A DNA stretch of 54,077 bases, taken from positions 1 through 54,077 of the forward strand of contig JAFVEF010000033.1 of assembly GCA_017478105.1 (NCBI GenBank), written 5' to 3'. A program made the translations under genes and the position numbers. The notes beneath the pieces are model-generated. The model made no database searches, had not been told where the DNA came from, and saw only the letters and a program-made list of their open reading frames with translations. The stretch comes from Bacilli bacterium (GTDB taxonomy: Bacteria > Bacillota_I > Bacilli_A > RF39 > UBA660). Below, piece after piece: positions 17,635-27,400 of the stretch; position 1 is the stretch's first letter; each line of letters starts with the position of its first letter.

Positions 17635-18456
17635 ATGTCTATTTGCAAAGTTATTGCAGTAGCAAATCAAAAAGGTGGAGTTGGCAAAACCACTACAACA
17701 TTTAATTTAGGTGTAGCATTATCTAAATTAGGTAAGAAAGTATTGTTGGTCGATTGTGATCCACAAGGCGATTTAACAACTTGTATGGGTTATTATAATA
17801 CTGATAATATACCTACTCTTGCTAATTTAATGGATTCAGTTATATATGACAAGTATATTAATACTGAAAATGTAATTTTACACCACAAAGAGAATGTCGA
17901 TTTAATACCGTCTAATTTGGATTTATCTGCGACATCTTTTTCATTAATAACTGCTATGAACAGAGAGCAAACAATGAAAAATTGTCTTAAAGATGTTAAG
18001 AATAATTATGATTATATCTTAATAGACTGTAATCCTAGTTTAGATATGATTACTTTAAATGCTTTATCTTGTGCTGATAAGGTTATTATTCCTGTACAGA
18101 CACAATATTTAGCAGCTAAAGCAATGACACAACTATTAGGAACAGTTGGTCGAGTTAAAAGACAAATAAATCCAAACCTTAATGTTGGTGGAATACTACT
18201 CACATTAGTAGATGGTAGAACTAATTTGTCAAAAGAAACCAAACTGACTTTACAGGAAAATTATGGGAGTTATATAAAGATATTTGATACTCAAATTTCT
18301 AATACTGTAAAAGTAGCAGAAGCTACAAAGTCAGGACAAAGTATTTTTGCTTATGATAAGAACAATAAAGTTGCAGAGTCATACTTGCTATTTGCAAAGG
18401 AGGTTGAGAATATTGGAAAAGAAAGAAAACAAAATGCACCTACCATCGATAGATGA
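17635..18456 (+). CDS. parA: ParA/Soj-family partition ATPase
   Basis: Deviant Walker [19 protein letters not shown], strong AAAGGAGG RBS. Confidence 0.92.
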   Translation: MSICKVIAVANQKGGVGKTTTTFNLGVALSKLGKKVLLVDCDPQGDLTTCMGYYNTDNIPTLANLMDSVIYDKYINTENVILHHKENVDLIPSNLDLSATSFSLITAMNREQTMKNCLKDVKNNYDYILIDCNPSLDMITLNALSCADKVIIPVQTQYLAAKAMTQLLGTVGRVKRQINPNLNVGGILLTLVDGRTNLSKETKLTLQENYGSYIKIFDTQISNTVKVAEATKSGQSIFAYDKNNKVAESYLLFAKEVENIGKERKQNAPTIDR

Positions 18457-19372
18457 TATATTTACAACCCAACAAGAGCGAGATGAGGCAAATTTAGAAA
18501 AAGTAGTTAATATATCTATTAAAGATATAGATGATTACCCAGAACATCCTTTTAAAGTTCTTGTTAATGATGAAATGCAAGAAATGGTAGATAGTATTAA
18601 AGAAAAAGGTATTCTTGTTCCTACTATCGTAAGACAAAAAGCAGATGGTAGATATGAAATGATTTCTGGACACCGAAGAAAGAAAGCAAGTGAACTTGCA
18701 GAACTAGACACTATTCCATGTATAGTTAGAGATTTAACTGATGATGAAGCAACAATCATTATGGTAGATAGTAATTTACAAAGAGAAAAAATACTACCTA
18801 GCGAGAAAGCATTTGCTTATAAGTTAAAATTAGAAGCAATAAAACATCAAGGTAAAAGAACAGACTTAACTTCTGTGCCAGTGGCACATAAGTCTTCAAG
18901 GCAAGAACTTGGAGAAAAAGTCGGTGAAAGTCAAGATCAAGTCAGAAGGTATATTCGTTTGACAGAGTTAATACCTGAACTATTAAAAATGGTTGATAAT
19001 AGTGTTTTAGGTGAATCGCCAAGTATAGCATTTAGACCTGCTGTTGAATTATCTTATTTAACAAAAGATGAGCAAACAGATTTATTAGATTTAATTGAAT
19101 GCTATGATTGTACTCCATCACTTGCACAAGCAATTAAATTAAAAAATATGAGCCAGAATAAATACTTGTCTATTGAAGGTATGGAAGAAATTATGGAAGA
19201 ATCTAAACCTAATCAAACTCCCAAACTAAAAGTAAGTATGAATCGACTTAATAACATACTCCCAGATACTCTCAAAAATGATAGAGAACGAGAGGAATAT
19301 GTTATCAAAGCAGTTGAATGGTATGACAAATACCAAAAGAAAATGCGAGAACGAAAAGGACAAGAACGATAA
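18434..19372 (+). CDS. parB: ParB/Srx-domain protein (plasmid/ICE type)
   Basis: ParB N-terminal box [12 protein letters not shown] and a downstream HTH-like region. Start taken at ATG 18434 ([10 protein letters not shown]), overlapping the parA end. Confidence 0.8.
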   Translation: MHLPSIDDIFTTQQERDEANLEKVVNISIKDIDDYPEHPFKVLVNDEMQEMVDSIKEKGILVPTIVRQKADGRYEMISGHRRKKASELAELDTIPCIVRDLTDDEATIIMVDSNLQREKILPSEKAFAYKLKLEAIKHQGKRTDLTSVPVAHKSSRQELGEKVGESQDQVRRYIRLTELIPELLKMVDNSVLGESPSIAFRPAVELSYLTKDEQTDLLDLIECYDCTPSLAQAIKLKNMSQNKYLSIEGMEEIMEESKPNQTPKLKVSMNRLNNILPDTLKNDREREEYVIKAVEWYDKYQKKMRERKGQER

Positions 19373-19517
19373 TGGGAGTACCTATTCTAAAAAGTCCCTC
19401 CTTACAATCCACCCTAAAAAAAATACTAACTATTATTACTAACTGAAAAAAAATATATAATTTGCAGTAATGACAAAATAAATTTTAAATGCTAGTATGG
19501 TGGCAAGAAAAGGAGTG

Positions 19518-20231
19518 ATGAATTTGAAAATAGTTCGTGCATTTATTGCATTTGTAATTGTGAGTTTGTTTGTAGGTATTGGATCAGCCTTTAATGGACA
19601 AAGTTATTCGGAAGATAATTTTAATAGTTTCCACAATTCTGTTGATAAAACCGAAATAGGAAACGATATTTCAACAGAAACTGTTGATAAAGAAACCCTA
19701 ACTGAAGAACAATCTCAACCAGCTGATACCAATAATTCTTTTTCAGAAAGTAATGAAAAAACTACTGCCGAAAAACAACAGTCAGTTAAGAAAAACGAAA
19801 TTAAAACTACAAACACAAACAATAACAATTCAAATAGTAATGTTAATCCAAGTGAAAATACTACTCAAATACAAGAAAATAAACAAGATACTAATGAATC
19901 AACACAATCTGTTGAAACAAAAGAAACTACTAATATAAGTATTTCTTCTAACGATGATAAATACAATTCCACTTATTATTCAATCACAAAAGGTATTCCT
20001 GAATATGATAGCGAAAGTGCTTGTAAATCTGCAGGTTTATCAATTCAAAATAAAGAATTAGATTCAATATTAGATTGGAACGAAGAACACCCTGATAACC
20101 CTAAAAGTAGGACTATTGGTAGTTCAATGTGTATTATTGTTATGAAAGAAGGAAAAGAACATTGGTTTTTACATTTTCTTACAATTAGTGGTAATAACAT
20201 GGATGAAGAATTAAAAAGATTATATAAGTAA
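19518..20231 (+). CDS. Secreted or anchored protein with an Asn/Thr/Glu-rich low-complexity linker
   Basis: N-terminal hydrophobic signal (IAFVIVSLFVGIGSAF). AAAGGAG RBS before ATG 19518. No motif recognised. Confidence 0.55.
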   Translation: MNLKIVRAFIAFVIVSLFVGIGSAFNGQSYSEDNFNSFHNSVDKTEIGNDISTETVDKETLTEEQSQPADTNNSFSESNEKTTAEKQQSVKKNEIKTTNTNNNNSNSNVNPSENTTQIQENKQDTNESTQSVETKETTNISISSNDDKYNSTYYSITKGIPEYDSESACKSAGLSIQNKELDSILDWNEEHPDNPKSRTIGSSMCIIVMKEGKEHWFLHFLTISGNNMDEELKRLYK

Positions 20232-20321
20232 TTAAGTATTATTCGGCTAGTATTAAAGGTACTAACCGATTTTTTTTATGCCTTTTTTCATCTAGGCATA
20301 CAGTAAAGGAGGAAAGATAAG

Positions 20322-23069
20322 ATGAAAAAAATAACAAAATGTATGTTGTTAGCATTTGCTTTATTAGTTGGATTTACTGTAAAAGCTAATGCAGTACAAG
20401 CAGCAACATTACACCAAGAAAATACATCATATTATTATGATAGATCACGAGGAGATGGAAGCGACCATCATTCGTGGTATTTTAAGCACTATACAATGGA
20501 CGGTGCAGTAGCATATTGTATAGAGCCAAATGTTCCTGAAGGTGTAACCTATAATCAGGGAGATTATTCAGCAACTGGATTATCAGATTCATATAAAGAA
20601 AGATTATTATTAATTGGATATTATGGATACACATATCCAGGACACCAAACTGAACAATATCGTATGGCTACTCAAGGTTTATTATGGGATACGATTATTG
20701 GTAATGGTGCTAATACTCAATTTACAACTGCTCGATGGGGTGCAGGAAATGTTATGGATATTTCAGCAGAAAAAGCCGAAATAAATAGACTAATAGAACA
20801 TCATTATGATGTACCATCATTTAATACAGGTGTTTACAAAGTTCAAGTTGGAGAAACCTTAACTTTAACAGATACCAATAATTTATTATCACAATTCGAT
20901 GTAAGTGTTAGTGGTGCTAATTATAATATAGATGGTAATACAATTACTATTGTTCCAACTCAAAGTGGAAAAATAGATGTATCATTTACTAAAAAAATGC
21001 CTTATACAACAAGTTATAAATTATTTGTTGGCGATGGAATACAAAACATGATGGTGCCAGGTATGGTAGATCCTGTTATTGCTAAAATTAGAATTAATAG
21101 TTATTCAAGTCCTGTTGAAATTGTTAAAAAAGATAAAGAGACAAATGAAAGTATTAGTCAAGGACAAGCAACCTTAAAATCTGCAAAATATGGAGTTTAC
21201 GAAACAAGTACAGGTAAATTAATTACAACAATTGAAACTGATGAAAATGGTTATGCTAAAAGTGAAGCAGTTTTAAATTGGAATGACTATTATCTTCAAG
21301 AAATAAGTCCAAGTGAAGGATATTTACTTGATAATACTAAATATCATTTTGATATGAGAGGTAAAGAAATAGAAAGAGTTGAAGTTTTTGAAACAGTAGT
21401 TAAGAATTATATTTCTATCTTAAAACAATATGAGTTTGTAGATGGAGAAACAACATTCTTAAATGCTGAAAAAAATATTACTTTTGAAATATTTTATCCT
21501 AATGGAGATAAATTTGATGAAATAACTACTGACAAAAACGGATATGCAACTATTAATTTACCTTATGGAGTATGGAAATTTCATCAAGTAAATACAACTA
21601 CTGGATTTGCGAAAATATATGATTTCTTTATTACTGTTGATTACAATAGTGAACAAGAACAATATTATAATATTTTAAATAATGCTTTATCAGCTTATTT
21701 ACAAGTATTTAAAGTAGATAGTGAAACTGGTAAAAAGATTGCACTAAAAGATACTACTTTTAAAATCTTTAATATTGATAAAAATCAATATGTATCACAA
21801 TTCGTTGGTGGTAAAGTTTATAGTGAATTTAAAACCGATGAAAATGGTACTTTTACAACCTATTTAAAATTGGAAAGTGGAAATTACAGACTAATAGAGG
21901 TATCTAGTCCTAAAGGGTATTTGTTAGATGAAAATGGAGTTGAATTTACTATTGGAAATGATACTCATTTTGCATATACAACTTATGGACCTTTTATCGC
22001 TTTGTATGTTAAAAACACACCAATAAAAGGTAAAATAGAAATATTTAAAAGTGGTGAGATTTTTACTGCAATAGATGATAGTTTTAATTATGATAATACA
22101 AAGTCATTAGAAGGTATTGTTTATAATATTTATGCTGATGAAGATATTAAATCATCTGATGGAAACCATTTATATTATGAAAAAGATGAACTTGTAGGAA
22201 CTATGACTACTAATAGCGATGGTTATGCAGTAAGTGCAGAATTGCCACTTGGAAAATATAGAGTTGTCGAATCAAAGACTAATGATAATTATGTTTTAGA
22301 TACAACAGAATATCATATAGAATTAGTTGAAAAGGATAATAAAACAAGAGTTGTTTATAATTCTAGTGAAATGACTAATGTTTTAAAGAAAGGAACATTA
22401 GAATTTACAAAAACTGATTTAGTTGATGGACAACCTATTCCATTTACAACTATACAAGTATTCACAGAAAATAATGAAAAAATATTTGAAGGTACAACAG
22501 ATGAAAATGGTAAGATTATCATCAAAAATTTAAGTGTTGGTCAAAAATACTATATTATCGAGAGTGAAGCTGCAACTGGTTATGTTATTACGGATGAAAT
22601 AGTATATTTTGAAATAAAAGACAATGGCGAAGTTGTAAAAGCAGAAATGAAAAACAAACCTATTATTGGTAAGTTAGAATTTACAAAGTTAGATTTTAGT
22701 ACAAATCAACCAATCCCTAACACATTAATAGAGATATATTCTGTTGATGATGAAGAAACACCTATTTTTTCTGGAAGAACTGATGACAATGGAATGATTA
22801 TCATTGATGAATTAAGATATGGAAAGTATTTCATTTTAGAAAAAGAAACTGGAACACCTGATTATATTTTAAATCCTGAAAGAATGTATTTTGAAGTTCT
22901 TGAAGATGGCGAAGTTGTTAAATGTACAATGGTTAATGAATTAGCACCAATAGAAGTACCAAATACAGGTGTTAGAGATTATTATATTATTATTCAAGTA
23001 ATTGGTAGTTTAATTGTATTTTCTGGAATAGGAGTGATGATCTATGCGAATAGAAAAAGAAAAAAATAA
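20322..23069 (+). CDS. Cell-wall-anchored adhesin with an N-terminal thioester-domain-like region, multiple SpaA/Cna-B type repeats and a VPNTG sorting signal
   Basis: Signal peptide ending VKANA. YCIE (Cys66, nt 20517-20519) and ATQGLLW (Gln118, nt 20673-20675) signatures. Repeated modules of the type LEFTK.D...PIP......DENG.I.I..L..G.Y...E. C-terminal VPNTG, hydrophobic stretch and NRKRKK tail. Confidence 0.8.
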   Translation: MKKITKCMLLAFALLVGFTVKANAVQAATLHQENTSYYYDRSRGDGSDHHSWYFKHYTMDGAVAYCIEPNVPEGVTYNQGDYSATGLSDSYKERLLLIGYYGYTYPGHQTEQYRMATQGLLWDTIIGNGANTQFTTARWGAGNVMDISAEKAEINRLIEHHYDVPSFNTGVYKVQVGETLTLTDTNNLLSQFDVSVSGANYNIDGNTITIVPTQSGKIDVSFTKKMPYTTSYKLFVGDGIQNMMVPGMVDPVIAKIRINSYSSPVEIVKKDKETNESISQGQATLKSAKYGVYETSTGKLITTIETDENGYAKSEAVLNWNDYYLQEISPSEGYLLDNTKYHFDMRGKEIERVEVFETVVKNYISILKQYEFVDGETTFLNAEKNITFEIFYPNGDKFDEITTDKNGYATINLPYGVWKFHQVNTTTGFAKIYDFFITVDYNSEQEQYYNILNNALSAYLQVFKVDSETGKKIALKDTTFKIFNIDKNQYVSQFVGGKVYSEFKTDENGTFTTYLKLESGNYRLIEVSSPKGYLLDENGVEFTIGNDTHFAYTTYGPFIALYVKNTPIKGKIEIFKSGEIFTAIDDSFNYDNTKSLEGIVYNIYADEDIKSSDGNHLYYEKDELVGTMTTNSDGYAVSAELPLGKYRVVESKTNDNYVLDTTEYHIELVEKDNKTRVVYNSSEMTNVLKKGTLEFTKTDLVDGQPIPFTTIQVFTENNEKIFEGTTDENGKIIIKNLSVGQKYYIIESEAATGYVITDEIVYFEIKDNGEVVKAEMKNKPIIGKLEFTKLDFSTNQPIPNTLIEIYSVDDEETPIFSGRTDDNGMIIIDELRYGKYFILEKETGTPDYILNPERMYFEVLEDGEVVKCTMVNELAPIEVPNTGVRDYYIIIQVIGSLIVFSGIGVMIYANRKRKK

Positions 23070-23697
23070 AAAAAGATTTAAAAAGAGTCAGCTTATAATA
23101 GTTGGCTCTTTGCTTATCTTATTAGGCGGTTGTGTAATATGTGGTAAATATGCATATAACTACTTTTTAGATAGAATTGAAGATATAAAAATAGAAGAAT
23201 TTTATAATGAACAGGAAAATATTGATACAGAAGTAATTGAAGAAACAACTGAAAAAGTTGAAGAAACAAAACAAGAAACAAAAATTGATTATGTTGCAGT
23301 TATTAAAATACCCAAAATTGGTTTAGAAAAAGGTCTATGTAAAAAAGGTAGTTATTGCAATAATGTTAATCAAAATATTCAAATATTAAAAGAATCAAGT
23401 TATCCAGATGTATCAAATGGAAACTTTATATTAGCAGGACATTCTGGTAATGGTAGAACTGCTTATTTTAGAAATGTTTATAAGTTAGATAAAGATGATG
23501 AAATAAGCATTATCTATGGTGGTTTTGAATACAAATATAAAATAGTTAATATTTATGATGTAGAGAAAACTGGAACTGCTAGTATAGTCAGAAATAGAGA
23601 AAAAACAACATTAACACTTGTAACTTGCAGACATAATACTAATAAACAAATTATAGTTATTAGTGAGTTAGTAGAAAGGAAAGAATATAATGGCTAA
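23044..23697 (+). CDS. Sortase (transpeptidase), dedicated to the upstream adhesin
   Basis: N-terminal TM segment, catalytic His in LAGHSG, TLVTC catalytic Cys motif. Overlaps the adhesin stop. Confidence 0.85.
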   Translation: MRIEKEKNKKRFKKSQLIIVGSLLILLGGCVICGKYAYNYFLDRIEDIKIEEFYNEQENIDTEVIEETTEKVEETKQETKIDYVAVIKIPKIGLEKGLCKKGSYCNNVNQNIQILKESSYPDVSNGNFILAGHSGNGRTAYFRNVYKLDKDDEISIIYGGFEYKYKIVNIYDVEKTGTASIVRNREKTTLTLVTCRHNTNKQIIVISELVERKEYNG

Positions 23698-23911
23698 ATA
23701 TAGTTTATCTGGAATAACAAAGTTATTAGAAAAGTTATTTAATGCAGGATTTACTGATGAAAAAAGTATTCTTGCTATTCAATTAGAAGATTTAGATAAA
23801 ATGAATATATCTCCTAATGAAATTAAAATTATTTTAGATTTAAAGAAAGCAATCCGAACTAAAAAGATGATTGCTTTTTTATATTGTAATAAAGAAAGTG
23901 AGGAAAAATAG
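23690..23911 (+). CDS. Small hypothetical protein
   Basis: 73-aa ORF, translationally coupled to the sortase gene. No motif recognised. Confidence 0.45.
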   Translation: MAKYSLSGITKLLEKLFNAGFTDEKSILAIQLEDLDKMNISPNEIKIILDLKKAIRTKKMIAFLYCNKESEEK

Positions 23912-23912
23912 T

Positions 23913-24134
23913 ATGTACGATTATAAAGTAAATTTATATGGAAATATGGAAGTAACAGTTGTTGCTGAAAGCAAAGAAGAAGCTGAAAGAATATTAAAGG
24001 ATACTATTGAAAGCATAACTGTTAAGGATTTGAGAGATAAATTAAGTCCTAATAAAGATGTTGAGATAAAAGAAAGTCATGTAAATGTATTAAGTGAACA
24101 AAAACGAGATAAAAATCGTGATAATGAAAGATAA
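23913..24134 (+). CDS. Small hypothetical protein
   Basis: GAGGAAAAA RBS then ATG 23913 (MYDYKVNLYG...). Acidic alpha/beta-like sequence. Confidence 0.45.
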   Translation: MYDYKVNLYGNMEVTVVAESKEEAERILKDTIESITVKDLRDKLSPNKDVEIKESHVNVLSEQKRDKNRDNER

Positions 24135-24150
24135 GGAAGGAGGAAACAAA

Positions 24151-24471
24151 ATGGCTTATCAATCAAGAACACCATCGGTTAAATTAACATTAGAAAATGA
24201 ATTATTTAATCAATTAGTTAGTATATTAAATGCTAATTATAACATTGGTTTGGAAGAAGAAAACTTTTCACAAATAGCAGAAAAGTTAAAAAATAAATTA
24301 TTAACTTATTCTGTTCCTAGAACAAATGATGATGGAGTACAATTTGTTGATGTAAGATTCTTCCCTAATGAAGCAAGTGATATGATTTGGCAATTATTAT
24401 TACGAGCTGAAAAAAATATTGATATAGATGATTATTATTCTACTTTAATTCAAAATAGAGAAAATAAATAA
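24151..24471 (+). CDS. Small hypothetical protein
   Basis: GGAAGGAGG RBS then ATG 24151 (MAYQSRTP...). Confidence 0.5.
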   Translation: MAYQSRTPSVKLTLENELFNQLVSILNANYNIGLEEENFSQIAEKLKNKLLTYSVPRTNDDGVQFVDVRFFPNEASDMIWQLLLRAEKNIDIDDYYSTLIQNRENK

Positions 24472-24496
24472 ATTATTTTAAAGAAAGGAGGACGAA

Positions 24497-27400
24497 ATGG
24501 CAACAACAGTAACAGTAGTTAATGCCTTATACAAAGATACGATTAAAGAAGTATCTCAAGATGCAACAAATTGGCAATCTTTTTTAAGAACTGCATCAAT
24601 GAATTATACTAATAGTTTTAGTGAGCAATTACTTATATATGCTCAAAGACCTAATGCTATTAGTTGTACTGATATAGATACTTGGAATGACACTTATAAA
24701 AGATTAGTTAATCGTGGCACTCCTGGAATAGGTCTTTTAACAGAGTTTAATGGTAAACCTAGAATAAGATATGTATGGGGATTAAATGATACTCATAGTA
24801 TTTATGGAAGAAAAGGTAAAAAACTAAAAATATGGAAAGTACCTAAAGTGTATGAAGATCAAGTTATTGAATCACTTGAAAATAAATTTGGTGAATTAAA
24901 TAACAAAGATAATTTAGTTAATGCAATTAAATCAGTTGCAACAAATCTTATGGAAGATAATTACAATGATTATTTAGACGATTTAATTTCAAATAAGTTT
25001 GATACTAGATTAGAAAATATTTCAAATGATGTTATAGAAAAGTATTATAAAAAAATACTAGAGAATAGTATTGCATATATGATTATTAACAGGAGTGGTA
25101 TAAATCCTACTCCTTTTTTTAATGATACTGATTTTATAGAAATACCAATATTTCAAGATATTGAAAGTATTGCAAGATTAGGTACTGCTGCAAGTGATAT
25201 TGCAGAGATGGGTATTAGAGAGATTTATGTATCTCTTAAAAATATACGAATAGCAGAAATTGAAAAAATTCGTACATTTGATAAAAGTAATCAGATAGTT
25301 TATGATGATAATGAAAAAAGCAGAAATGCTGAAAGGAGCGATAATTATGAACATGACTTACACTCAAGTGGGCAATTACCTACTACCGAATTTAGTTACG
25401 ATCGAGGAAGAACAATTCAAAATGGGCAAGTATGGGACAATGAGGCTTCAATACTTGAAAGAGAACAAGAAAGGGACATACGAAGCAATGTTGATGAAAG
25501 GAACTCTACAAACACATTTGAAAGAGATAGAAACATCAGCACAAACGAGAGTATCGACAATAATGGACGAGATGAAAAAGAAACTCAATATAACGGAAGA
25601 ATTGAAGTCAGTCAATCAAATGAAATGGCTTGGGATGATGAACAATATCAAGAATCAAGCCGAAGAAATAATGATGAGAGAACTAATCTTCAACTAGATA
25701 GTAATGGGAATACCGAAAATGGTATTCTTTTTTCAAATGAAGATAGATATGATTATAAAGTTGGCGACAAAGTTTTTATTGGATTAGATGAATATGAGAT
25801 AACAAAGATTGGGTTATTTGATATTGAATTATATGATCCAAATGCTCCACTCTTTGGTAGAACAATGAGTGTTATTGACTTTGAAACTAAATTAAAAGAA
25901 AATCCTGCTAATGAACATTTAAAAGTAAAAAATGTTAAAAATGAAGTTATAACTGAAACTATAACAAGTGTTGATTCATTAGATGAGGAACATTCATTTA
26001 CAGTAGCAAGAGTTATTGATAATCAACATTGTGTTGAACTTCATTATTTTAATAATAAAGCTACAGTAGAAATTGGCACTAAAGTTAGAGATGATTATTG
26101 GGAAAGCATAGTTGAAGATGCAGACTGGTTTAATAAAGATTTAAGCGACAATGAGATTATAGATAAATTAAGTGAGATATTTACAGAAAATTTTGAAAAT
26201 ACTATTTCAAAAGAAACTGATAATTATTATGGCGAATATAACGATGAAATAGATTTAATTGACCATATATTATCTAGTCATAAAATAGATGATATTATTA
26301 TGGACTTTAACGAAGATGGTATTATCATTGCTAATGATGATGAGGGAAATGTTTGGGAAGGAAAAGAATTTTACGACTTTTTATTCAATGACTTATTTGA
26401 TTATAATGAAAACGGAACAGTTGATTTAATAGACAATAAAGACTTTGAGAGATTGAAAGAATATCGTAAAAAGTATGATATTACTGAACAAAAAGAAATA
26501 GTACCGACTGAAAAAGAAAATATAGTATCAACTACTAATAACTCCTCTCAACTATCGTTATTTATACCAAAAGAACAAGAACTAGCAGATAGAATTGTAG
26601 AAGAATTTAATGCTTTAGATACAAAATATAAAGGAACTTTTTATGTTTCTTCCATTGAATTAGAAAAATGGAATCATATTAAATCAAAGAAAAGAAACCT
26701 TACTATTTCTATTAAAAGTAGTGAGTGTACAGGATATAATGAAACTAGCTTTACTCAATTCAATAGTGATAAAACTTCCGAAGTAACTTTAAGAGAAAGT
26801 ACAGAAATAAGTAAGTTTTTAAATTATTTAAGTGAAGATAAAGATTTTTCTATTACCATTACACCAGATAGTCTATTAGTTTTCTATCATAACTTTGATG
26901 AAAAGCAATTAGATTTAAGTATTGGTAAAGATAATGTTTTATCTAGTATAAGCGATAAAGATAATATAGAAATAATAGATAATCCAAAATTAGAAATACC
27001 AAAGGTTATAAAGAAGCTAAGAAATAGAGTTATTAACTATGTACTTCATCCTGAAATACCATACGAGGAACGAATCAATTATAAAATAGTTGATGATAAT
27101 ATTGGTGTTGGACAACCTAGAGAGAGATTTAGAAACAATATAAATGCTATTAAAACATTAAAGCAATTGCAAAATGAAGATAGATATGCAACTCCTGAAG
27201 AACAAGAAATATTATCTAAATATGTTGGTTGGGGTGGCTTATCTCAAGCATTTAAAAAAGATAGTGATTGGGCTACTGAATATCAAGAATTAGGTACTCT
27301 TTTAGGTTTTGATAGTGATGAGTATAATAAAGCAATGGCGTCAGTTAATACTGCTTTCTATACACCTCCTATTGTTATAAAATCAATATATAAAGCATTA

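Noticed and set aside
18347-18433. Long N-terminal extension of the ParB-like ORF overlapping parA by 110 nt
   Set aside because: The extension has odd composition ([19 protein letters not shown]). ATG 18434 gives a typical short overlap with parA and a sensible N-terminus.
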